A stretch of DNA of 64,000 nt from Callorhinchus milii. Taxonomy: Eukaryota. The notes under the pieces were generated by a model, which saw nothing but the letters and a program-made list of their open reading frames with translations, did not search any database and was not told where the DNA came from. Shown in pieces: positions 1 through 18,100 of the stretch. The translations under genes were made by a program, and so were the position numbers. Position 1 is the stretch's first letter. The number at the start of each line of letters is the position of its first letter. Location: NCBI RefSeq assembly GCF_018977255.1, contig NW_024704753.1, positions 18,290,001 to 18,354,000 of the forward strand, read 5' to 3'.

Positions 1-1040
1 TATTGACTGTCCAGTCAGCAACCATCCAATCTTATTCAGCACAAAACCAACCCACATGGAAATTTGAATAGATTTTCAATTGGTTTATGATTGATGCTAA
101 ATCACTCTCCCTTTTACTGAGAGCCAGTCGATGTTCATGAAGTCGAGGCAGCAAGACCTGGCACTGCTCTCCTCTAGCTATGGTGACAGGATAGTCAGCC
201 AAATTGCAGCCATTAGATCTCCACGCTTTCCTGGGCTGGTAGGGGGTTGTAACTGAAGCAAAGCTTGCTCACCACATCTCTAACCCAACACAGATGGAGT
301 GATTAATCTACAGTACTATGTTTATTTTTGGACCAGACTTGACAATTACAAGTGAATGTGTGATCAGTCTTCCCACGAGGATGATATAAGCCTCAACTCC
401 ACAGCAGTCAAACACCCAAATGGTTGGAGGAAATGAACTCAAATTGAGTACATGGGAAATCCAACTGCTGCCCTTCTAGATTGTGCGGTATAAAGCCATT
501 GTAACCAGACTATTGGTTTCTCTATTGATGAAAGAGTGGTTTTAAGGTGATTTATCAGTCCCATGAGCAGACTAGGACAATGGAAAGCTAAATTCCTTCC
601 ACTCTGCAAATCGGGCTACACAACTGACTTGAACAAAGTGCCAATAAATAAAAAAAATGCTTCCATTTGGTATAGCTTCTTATGTTAAAAAAAACTGAAA
701 GCAACATGTTAGTGGAAGACAATTACAGGCAGAACTTATGCTTTATACCATTGATGATACACCTTACTGTCAATTTCCCAAATCCCCCCCCCCCCAAAAA
801 AAAAAGCTGTGAAAGTATATCACTATAATAATGCACTGTTAGATTCAGGATTCTGAGATGGGATTTATAGTCGAGCAGGTTCCAACCTCAAGAAGCCACT
901 ATATTTGCAAAAAACATACTGAATCACTAGCTATCTGCAGCATGTTTTTTAATTACTATAAATTAACTGATGGGTTAACAAATTGGGAGTATAGATTGAA
1001 CCTGCAACAAAGCAAGATTCCTACTGCGGTGCAATCCCGA

Positions 1041-7489
<6,449 letters not shown>

Positions 7490-7810
7490 TGGCAAACACC
7501 GGAGCCGCGGCCACTCCGCTCTAAGCCGCCATCTTCCCCCCTTTCCCGGCGCGGTGGCGGTCACATGACGCCCCCTGGATCACGTGGCGACCTCGCTCAG
7601 CGGATCACGTGGCTCCACAGGTCAGGTGGCTTCCCCCCCCGATCACGTGGCTACCTCTCTACCCGGATCACGTGGCTACCTCTCTACCCGGATCACGTGG
7701 CTACTTCCTTTCTTCCACCCCCACCGCCCGCCCCCGATCACATGACCGCCTCCGGATCACGTGGCTCCACGGGTCAGGTGGCCGCCCCCTGGGTCACATG
7801 ACTCCCCCCC
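7490..7810 (-). promoter_or_regulatory. CCDC174 CpG-island promoter with an E-box cluster
   Basis: GC-rich region directly upstream of the ATG at 7489. It has six CACGTG, three CACATG and a YY1-like AAGATGGCGG on the minus strand near 7526-7535. Confidence 0.75.
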
Positions 7811-9184
7811 CCTGTTGCCCCATCGCTGGAGGTCACTGTGGGTCAGATCCCAGCATCGTCCGCCCTCTCCTCTCCCCCACCCCCCAAACCCCCACCAACC
7901 CCCCCCCCCAATCTTCATCGTCGTCGTGGTCCCCGCCGCCGCCGTCATGATTTGGGGTTCAGTGGTGCGGGGAAACAGACCCTTAGCCACGACCGCCACC
8001 GAAGTTGGGGTTCACATCTCCGATTGGGGTGTCACATTGGCCCCAAAGACCCCCCGACCCCACCCCCCCCACCCCACTTTACCTTTATTTGGGCTGGTGG
8101 TGCAGGATGAACCCAATGGCGTTCCGGGTCTGACATCCACACCACCACCGCCACCGCCGCCACCGCCGCCCCGGAGTTCAAGTCCATCTCGTTAGCCCAA
8201 AGGGCCACCGAGGCTTTTAACGTCCATCATCTCGACGGTCGAGCGGCGACCAACTCAAGTCGGATGGTTTTCGAAGTACAAGTGCGCTTTTCCCAAGGGT
8301 TTTTCGACGAGGAAGCTATTGCTTTCATTTTTCTGAATGAAACCGTACCTTCCTCAAGAGTCCCAATTTGCGACGAATGGTGCGAAATGTCCACAAAAAG
8401 AGTCCTGGGCTCGAAGTGAATGTTTTAATGACAGTTCTGTACCCGTGAAGAGAGTTCTCCCGTGTTACGTTCAATAGCTAAATCATCAAAGCAGAAGTCA
8501 CTGGCGAAAATTACAGTACAACACGCAACATCTAGCATTTATTAAGTGGCAGGCACATGAGAGCAGCTTTTTGTAGATAGTAGACGCTCAGGAATAACTC
8601 TGAGATTATTCTTCTTCCTCTAAGGCCGGTTTCTCTCCCATCGTTGGCATAATATGTACAAGGACTGGTTTCGGTCAATCTATGGAAAGAAAAACAGGAG
8701 AGAGAATGTGTAAAACAGAACAGGTACTCAGCAAATCCTGTCGCTGTCATGTCAATTAACTCACCAAGAAAGTGTCCATCTTGGGAATATGATCTAAACA
8801 TTTATGTTGGGCCACTACATTCGCAGAAATAGTTTAATCAAAAGCCTTTCATCCTAGTGTTCGGGCTCTTTTTTGGGGGGAGGGGGTCAGCCGGGTGTCT
8901 GACACATACAGAAACCCATCACCGTGCTTAACAGGATGCAAACAGTTTGAGAGTTCCCTGGAGGGCGCAGCCTGCTTACCTAATACCAGAGAGTATGAGG
9001 CGCAGTTTCAAGAGCCCAAGGCTTAGGAACACCAGAGAGTGCGTGACAGTACTGTACTGTCAAAGTTTAACCAGCTAAAACTGCACAGTTTACAACGGAG
9101 AGCACTGCGGGCAAGCTTCCTGCTGCTAGAAAAGGAATGACAAGAAACTAAAGGTTGTTTTCTTTCCAGGATTAATTTAGCAGT

Positions 9185-12100
9185 TTATGGACCTTCTTCA
9201 GGTAACGAATGGACTGAGAGAAGCTGGGCGCTGTCGATCTGATCTTCTTCATACAGAAGGATCTTATCCAGGAGTTTCTTTTTGTGAGGATTGATCGTGA
9301 GGTCTGAGCAAGTGAAGAACTCTCCCACTACAAAACAGAAGGTCACAAGTAAATTACTGCCTCAATAATAACAACACAATAACAATCCTTGCATTTGGTA
9401 GAGCATCTTATCACGTCTCCGAGGTGTCTCAAAGCACTTCATAGAATATGCAAAGGAATTGACTGTATATTTTGGCTCCAGTACTGGAAGGCCATTTGCC
9501 CAAGGAATTCTATCCCAGCAATTCCAGAAGAGCAGTAAGGAGAAAACTGCAAAGAATACCTTTCAAAACATTAAGTCTATGTCTGGGTGTATATATTTCA
9601 ACACTGTGTATATGTTGTGGATGAAATGTAATTTATCAGTTATTAATTAATTATTGATAATTAAGACGTGCCTGTACTAAATGTTGAAGACAGTGTTGAG
9701 CATTCAGAAGTACAACGTGGCCCATCACTCAGCTTGTTAATGAACGAACTTCGGCAACAGGTGTATCGTGAAGAGGATTCTAAATGTTGAGACGCTGTGT
9801 TGCTCACAGTCAGTTCGCATACACTTCGAGGTGAGCCAGGAGACAAAGCAACGTTAGAGTTCCCGCAGGATGGCGTCATTGAGAGGTTGCTGTAGTTGAC
9901 TTCTTTGTGGGTGAGAACATCGGCCATTATATCCTGTGAACCTGGAGGGGACAGTGCAGCACAATCTGAACCAGCACCAGACCAATCGAGATGCCTGCAA
10001 AGTCGGTTTGGTTGGAGCAACTCCTGATCAAAGCCACTCGGGGTCGCTGCTGATTCCGGCATGCTTCCATAGTCATGGCTATTGGCGAAAGATGAAGTTT
10101 CCTCAATTGCTTTGGGGCACGAATCAAAGTCAGAGTTACCACACGTGGACTTGAGTTTCAAACTGCGCATCCCTGCACTAGACAACGGCGCGAGCCGAGT
10201 TGGAACACGATAATGACCAAAACTGTCCGACTCATCTGACTCACAAGGCGTCCTTGGGAATTCTTCACCTAGTACTTGTGATGCCGTTTCTGGCAAGTAT
10301 TTGAAGATAGCTGGATGTAATGACTGGCCTTCCAGACAAGGACTAAGCACCTCGGTATTCTCCTGTGGACATGAAGTCAATTGATTGAACTTGAAAGTAA
10401 GGTCCTTTAACTCCTCAGGAGTGCTGTGCAAGCCTTGTAGCTGATGTTCAAGATTTTCCAACATCATATAAACCTGTCACACACAGAAGTACATTAATTA
10501 TCAAATAATCCCAGCTATTTCTTATGGCAGAATAAAAATACGTCTTTTTTTCAAGCAAGTTTCAGAGTAAGTGTTTACATTGCCGCACCAAGAACTCTCA
10601 GGTCACATGGATTAGATGCCCCAATAATGATCCGCTCCCCCAAATCCCCCTGGTCTCATTTCAGCCACCCTTGAAGTTTGTTGAGGGATACTCCTAAAAT
10701 CCAACCCTGTAGGTCATTTAATAGTAAATATAGTCTGGTAAATTAGGTTCCATTATATGTGAATGTACTATATGAACCATCCATACCCCTTGATTAGATT
10801 GCAGCGAACATCTAAAATATGACTATCAATTATTTTTGGCAGGGCGGTCCAACTGTCGGCCCGCGGGCCGCATCCAGCCCGTGGGCCTCTACTCCCCCTC
10901 ACCCCACCTCCCTCCATTTCGTCTGAGCTCCTTCCAAGTCAAGCACGTTACACTGGATTCAGCACCTCTGCCCTGAATGTAGGCAAAGTCACACATTCGT
11001 CAAATAAAACCCAACATTTGATTTATTTTTTTTACCTGGTTCATCTCAGGTCTTTTCTTTCCGAGGCAAAGGCAGGCGATTTCAGCAAATTTAACCGTGA
11101 TCATTAAAGGCACTGGCCCACCTTTCTTGTCCAAATAGTTCTGACAGATGCTGTAGCTTACATCAGCAGAACTTCTCGTTTCCTTCGCTGCCCCCAGTTC
11201 TTCCAACATGAGATCTTTCTGTTTTGAGACCAAAGGGTTAAAAAAAAACATGCACCACATGTGACTAATTCTGTAGTTATTACAGAATGTACTCAGAGAC
11301 GTCTCGAAGACCTCAAAAGGCACTATATCAAATGCAAGGGTTATTATTATTACACCCAGGAGGATGTGAGATGTCTTATTTGATGTGGGAGAAATCAGTA
11401 CTTAGAAAGTAGAACTTAGCATTTGCTAATAGATTATTTGGAAAGGCAACCAAGGTCTCGTAAATTCCTCTATTATGTCTTTGCATTTGTACTAACACCA
11501 CAGCTATGTCTAATTCTGTGAAATACGGATAAAAATACCGCCCTCCAACCCTCCTGATCCCAACCCCCAGCTCAGGTCCAATTCCCTCACTGTCCAGCGC
11601 CTTGGGACGTCCTCCCGACATGAAAAGTGCCGTGTAAATGTAATTTGTTGTTGTTGCTACTTCAGTCTATACTTTACAAGGATATGACGACATTTTGCTG
11701 CAAGCGTGAATTGATTATTGATAACGATCATCATAAGCTTAAATTTGTAGTAGTATCTTAACACACCATCAAAACATCTCAAAGTGCTTCCTATTCTGTA
11801 GTAGGACTAGCTATTTAAATTGTAATGAGATGTAAATATACAGAAAGTATAGTTTTCAGGTCACAGACGTGCGTACAAACTGCTGTAATGGGAATGGTAT
11901 GTTTTGAGGTGAAAAGAGACTTCACTGGCATATTGCAGTAGGATATACCAAGGCAGGGGGAGGAGAAAGTCAGTTCTTCTTACCAAAAACACTGGCTTCC
12001 TGTTCTCGTCTATGGCTTTGATTCCAGTGAGGATCTCAGATAGAACCTAAAATAAAGTAAATTCAGAACTCATCAGAGTTTAACTGAGGAACATGTGGTA

Positions 12101-15100
12101 GCTCTCTCAAAATGAGATGCAGTCAGACAGAGGAATATTAAATAATAATAATCCTTGGATTGTACATAGCTCATCACATCACTGAGAAGTCTCAAAGCTG
12201 CTTCACAGGATATTCTCACAGTAGAGATGGCAGGACAGTAGGAGGGCAGTGACATGCAAACAGGATGTGGTCTCCTGACCAAATTCAAAGACCCAAGTCT
12301 TTGACAGCAGCCTCACATTAACTGGATATTTTGAATGAATTAATTAATGATCATTCATCTCCCTAATCCTTTAAAGAATTCACTTACTATTCCAAAGCTG
12401 AAGGTGTCGACTTTGACAGACAGCTGCCTGTGTCGAATATATTCATCGGGTAGGTAGGCCAGGGGTCCCTGTAAGGTTTTGGTCTTGACGGTAGTGTGAT
12501 TGGAACCTGTACTGAGAGAAACAGTTTTCACCAGGCCAAAGTCTCCCAGTCTGGGTGTGAAATGTTCATCCAGCAGAATATTGGAACTGTCAGAACAAGA
12601 CCAACATTAATACAACGTACAACATACAGTAAATTCCTGATAACTCGACCCTGACTTAACTTGTCACTACCACTTAAGTCATCATGCTGTCCATATCCCG
12701 GCCGCACTTGGTCCTGTAGCTCAATGGTCAGGGCACTCTCCTCGCAAGCGAGAGGACCTGGGTTCAATTCCCGGGCAGGGCGAAACATTGGGCAAGTTTC
12801 CAGGAAGTAGGAACTCAGTTGTTAGTTGATTGGCAGATTGCTTTACCGGGGATAATAATCCCTTACAAAAATAAAATAAAAATAATAATTTGATCACTCA
12901 ATCCACGACTGTTTGTGGGACCCTGCTGTGTGCAATCGCCTGCCGCATTTCACCCACAAAATATACAGGCACTACACTTTACAGTATATTCCAAGAAGTG
13001 ATAACACACTATATCAAATACAAGGATTATTAGTATTGTCATCATCTTTCAGTCAATGACCACATTGCTGAGAAAGAGATAAATCCAGTCATTTCCCACA
13101 CAAAGAATGAAACTCAGCAAGAGATTCAGCCCAGGACGCTACTTCTGCTGTCTAATTCATAGCAGCACTAACAAAAGCAAAGGAGGAACTCACAAGCTTT
13201 ATCTCTTAACCACAGGCAGCGATCAGGTAACTTGTGGATTGAAGAAGAGAAAAAAGCACAAATAACGTTCAATAAATTGCCTTTGGTGACAATCCGAGGA
13301 AAGCAATGCTTCAGAAAGGGCAATTATTAGTGTGGGTCCTACTTTTCCCATTCACATTCCAGGAGCTCAAGTCATGACTTGATCCCAGGGGCTCAAGACA
13401 CGGCCTGCGTTCGAAGGGGGGTAAATTCAGAACAAATCTGTGGAGACACTACTTCAGTGAGAGAGTCGTAAACGTATGGACCAGGCTCCCCTCAGGAGAC
13501 AGACGGTGGACGCAGAAAGTGTTGCTTGTTTGAAGAACAAACAAGATAGATTTCTGCTAGAAAATAATATCTGAGGGAAACACCGTATAGTTTGGGACAC
13601 GACATGTCAAGCGACTGCCAGGATGGTGGAAGGTGAACCAGATGGACCTTCTTTCGTCCAGCAAATTCTTATGTTCGTCTGACAGACCAAACACCCCAAA
13701 GTTCGGACCAAGATAACTTACCTTTTAATGTTTCCATGAATTAGAGGCACATCACTCTTGTGCAGATATTGTATCGCTCTTGCTGTTCCGAGTGCAATTT
13801 TAACACGTGTGACCCACGGAATTCCATGTCCAGGGTTCTGTAAATAACAGAGAAGGACTTCAATATTCTGTATTGAGTTTGGCTTCTTGTCTTTTTTTTC
13901 CCTCTTTTCCTTGGAAAGGTCTAAGCAAATTCTTAAATGCAACCTTAGTTTTGAAGCTGGTTTTCTGTACTAGATTTACCTATTTACCCAAATTCTGTTC
14001 ACTCCGAAATGCTTCAAAAATGGGGTAAAGCTCGAGACAGGTAGAATTTTTCTCCCTCTTTTGTAAGAGACACACACACACACACACACACGGGGTGAAG
14101 ACTCCTAACTTCAACAGCAGAGGGGAGAAATCATAAAGCGATTCATTCCGACAGTGTATTGATGTCTAATAATGAATAATAATGATCCTTGCATTTGATA
14201 CGGCGCCTCATCATGTCTTCGATACGTCTCAAAGCGCTTCACAGAATGTACTGTGAAGTGAATTGACTGTGTATTTTGTTGGCAAAACTCGGCAGCTGAT
14301 TGTGCCCAGCAGCGTCCCACAAACAGTCGTGGATTGAAGTGATTATTTATAAAACACTCTAACACTCTTAGGGCCTAATAAGGATATTTAACAATAGCAA
14401 TTATCCAAAGAGAGAGAGAGACACACAAGTAGAAGTACCGCAGGTTACCGTGTTCTGAAGGCTGTTCTCCAGAGATCCATTGGACATGTAGCGATATATA
14501 AGACAGAAGACACCACATTCAGCACAGCAGCCTTCCAGAGCCAATATGTTAGGATGACGATGCCTAAAGAAAATGAAAATTTCAGGAGGTTTTAACGAAG
14601 AAAAAAAAAAGGACAATTTTACCAACTCTACTTTCGCCCGATCTTGAGTTCAGCAACAAACTGAGCAAGAACAATAAAATTCTAAAGCAGATAATACTGA
14701 TAATAATCTTTGCATTCGATATCACGCCTTATCATGTCTTTGAGACGTCTCAAAGCGCTTCACAGGAAACACTGTGAAGTGAATTGACTGTATATTTTGT
14801 GGGTGAAACGCGGCAGCATCCCACAAACGGTCGTGGATTGAGTTACCCAATTATTATTGTCTTTTCATTTTTTTTGAATGGATTATTACCCCCAGAAAAG
14901 TGATCCGGCAATCGATTAACAACCGTCTTCCCACTTACTGGTAGGTAAAGAGACGTATGGAGTAAGGAAACTTGCCCAACGTCTCACCCTGCCTGGGAAT
15001 CGAACCCGGGTCCTCTCGCTTGCGAGGCGAGTGCTCTAACCACTGAGTTACAGGACTCCACAGCTTAATTTCAAATTGAAGCAGTAGCTTTCGCAACCAG

Positions 15101-18100
15101 GCCTCAAGAGGAGCTGCACTGGGAATATCCTGGTATGAAAACCTAGTGTATATGAGGCCACAGTGATGAAATACTTACCGATAAAGGCTCTGCACCTCCT
15201 TGTGGAACAAATCCTGGACCTTTTCCCAGTCGATGTTTTCACTCTGTGTGAAAAAGATTTGGAACCAGAAGCATGTTAAGATTTTCCGGCAACCTGATGA
15301 TGCAAACTTGGAAACCTATCTCTTTGGCTACTGACCCGGTTTGACACTGAAGTTCTACAGGTCATAGGAACGTAAGAACAGGAGTAGGCCATAAAGCTGG
15401 AATTTAACCAACTAAAAGCACACAACGAAAGCTATTACGAGCACTGACTGGCGAGTTCTACGATAGAGACTGATCCCCTTTTACCAAATCCTTGTGATGA
15501 CTGCGTACTATGTTGACTAAAGGGCTGTCAGATGGAAATCTTGTGAAACAAAAATACTTGACAAGATGTTCTGAGTAGTGAATCATCCCAGGAAGCCGCA
15601 CGATAACAAGACTTGCCTCCTTTAACCACTTGATCGCGTAATCAGTATTGAACCTGCGGCCCTTGTAGACGTGTCCAAATGTCCCTCGGCCAAGTTCATG
15701 TCTCTCGTCGAAGTTATTGGTGGCTTTTCTCAGATCCTGCAAAGTCCAGGCACAGTTGGATGGATCTGCTTCCTGGAGCGGTACAATGGGAACATCACCC
15801 AGAGGGAAACAAAAAGCACACAGAAATAACAATGGGAATATTGTGAGTCCAATGTCCTACCCTCCAAATCTCCCTTGAACAATTTTAAACTAAATGCAAT
15901 TTTAATAGATGACTTGGCAAGAATGAAGACTCTAACAGAGATAAAATGGCAGCAGAGTGCTATTAATTTTCGTCCACAAAATATACAGTGAATTCACTCT
16001 ACAGTATAATTTGAGACATCTCGAAAACGCGTTAAGGCGCTATATCAAGTGCAAGGATAATTGTTATTATTATTATTATTCATTGAGTCCTCAAGAAAGA
16101 GCAAAGAGCTTTATGTTTGATTGTTAGCAGATACATAAACGGTTCAGGTAATACGATTGCAATGGCAATTCCGAATAGCTTACCATCTTGGGTGATCTGC
16201 CGTTGCTTTCTTCATTCTGCGATTCAGAAAGGGATATTCGTTCACTTGCAGAAGCTTTCTGATCGGGAAGTGGATGTGAGAGACGCGCTGAGGGGAGACA
16301 AAGCCAGCAGAAAATAAGATGTTTTGATGGGGGGGGGGAAGAAGTTAGATTTAACTGATCTCCAACATGGTTTTCACCTTTCATTAATATGCGTTAAAAG
16401 GGTACAATTAATTAATAATTAATATAATTAATGATTAATTAATTATATTAAATCCATGGCACTTGGCCCCACTCGTCACCACACCACGGTAATAAAACAG
16501 GTTTCGCTTAGAGAGATGACACCTCCATCCTTTTAATTAGAATACCCGGAGCATGAAGATCATTCAAGTCATGTATCAATAGTCACCATTGTTTGTCGAA
16601 TCCGGGCCAAATGAATCTTTCTGCTCTTGACCGGAGGCAAATGTAGGTGTCCGGTATGTTTCACAAGGTTGGGATGAAGGAATACGACAGCTGCTGGGCT
16701 GGGTGATGAAATGAGTCGCTGGTTTCCCTGTTAAAACAAGGTATCGTTTTTTTCAACATCCAAATAGAAATATTTCGTTCTGAAAATACACAGTCAATAA
16801 TAATAATAATAATCCTAGCATTTGATATAGAGCTTAAGCACGACTCAAAGAGACCTCTCAAAGAATATACCGTAAAGTGAATTGAAGTGAATTTTGCACT
16901 ACCGGCACTGCCCCACAAGCTGTCACGAAGTGAACAGATGATTTGCTTTTTATCTGAAGGATTGTTGTCCAGAACACTGAGAGAAACCCCTTCTCTTTTT
17001 TGAATAATGACGTAATATCATTAATGTTTATTATTGTCATTATTATAATGTGCACCTGAACAGATGGACAAGATGGGGCCAGATCCCACACCTGTAGTGT
17101 ATTGGTTAGAGCACTCCAGCGAGAGGACCTGGGTTCGATCCCCGGCAGGACGAAACATTAGGCAAGTTTTGTTACTCCACGCCTCTGTTTACCAGTAGTA
17201 AGTAGGAACCCGGTTGTTAGTCGATTGGTGGATCTGAGAGTAATAATCCGTTAAAAAAGTAGTCACTCAATCCACGACTGTTTGTGGGACGCTGCTGTGC
17301 GCAATTTACTGCCACGTTTCACTCACAAAATACACAGTCACTCCACTTTACGGTATATTCCGTGAAGCGCTTTGAGACGTCTCAACGACCTGATAAGGCG
17401 CTTTATCAAATGCAAGGATTATTATTATTATAACCTAAAAGCAAGAATACTAAAAAAAAAGGCGTTACCACATGCAGTTATAATAATAATAATAATAATC
17501 CTTGCATTTGATATAGCGCTTTTCATGTCGGGAGGACATCCCAAAGCGCTTCACAGAACACACTGTAAAGTGAATTGACTGTATATTTGTGGGCAAACGC
17601 GGCAGCCGATTGCGCACAGCAATGTCCCACAAACAGTCGTAGATTGAAAATGACCAATTTATTATTGTTTTGGGTTTTGGAGGATTATTATTAGGCTCTG
17701 TGTGGAGTAAGGAAACTTGCCCAAGGTTTCGCCCTCTGCCTGGAATTGAACTCAGGTCTCTCACTTGCAAAGCGAGTGCTCTAACCACTGAGCTACAGGA
17801 CTCCACAGTTAGCAAAGGGATGAGTAATACGGAGTAAGACTGTGAGCAAATCACTTACCCCTCTTGTTCCTTACACTTCCTATTTTTCTGTTACAATAGC
17901 ATTAGGTTGAAAGGGCAACTTCAGCAAATACAGCGAAATAAATAGACCGAAACCAACGAAACAGGAAGTGGTATTGGCTGTAAGACGAAAAACAGGAGAT
18001 AGCCAGGAATCTATATTTTGATGATTTTCATTTCAAGCTTATTCTGTAATGCAGTGGAACATGATCGCAATGTGGTGGCTGGAGCTCATTTGATACAGAG

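Noticed and set aside
7560-7802. Regularly spaced short repeats resembling a CRISPR array
   Set aside because: The context is a vertebrate promoter, the repeats are short E-box units with irregular and partly identical spacers, and there are no cas genes.
8110-9180. Possible extra gene between CCDC174 and IRAK2
   Set aside because: No coherent ORF or splice pattern. It is best explained as IRAK2 3'UTR, with a minus-strand AATAAA near 8084-8089.
12709-12785. tRNA-Ala-like sequences (also at about 14990-15060, 17735-17806, 21705-21775, 33125-33197, 43048-43122, 56335-56408)
   Set aside because: Each continues into the same SINE body and tail and lacks a proper acceptor stem. They are SINE heads, not tRNA genes.
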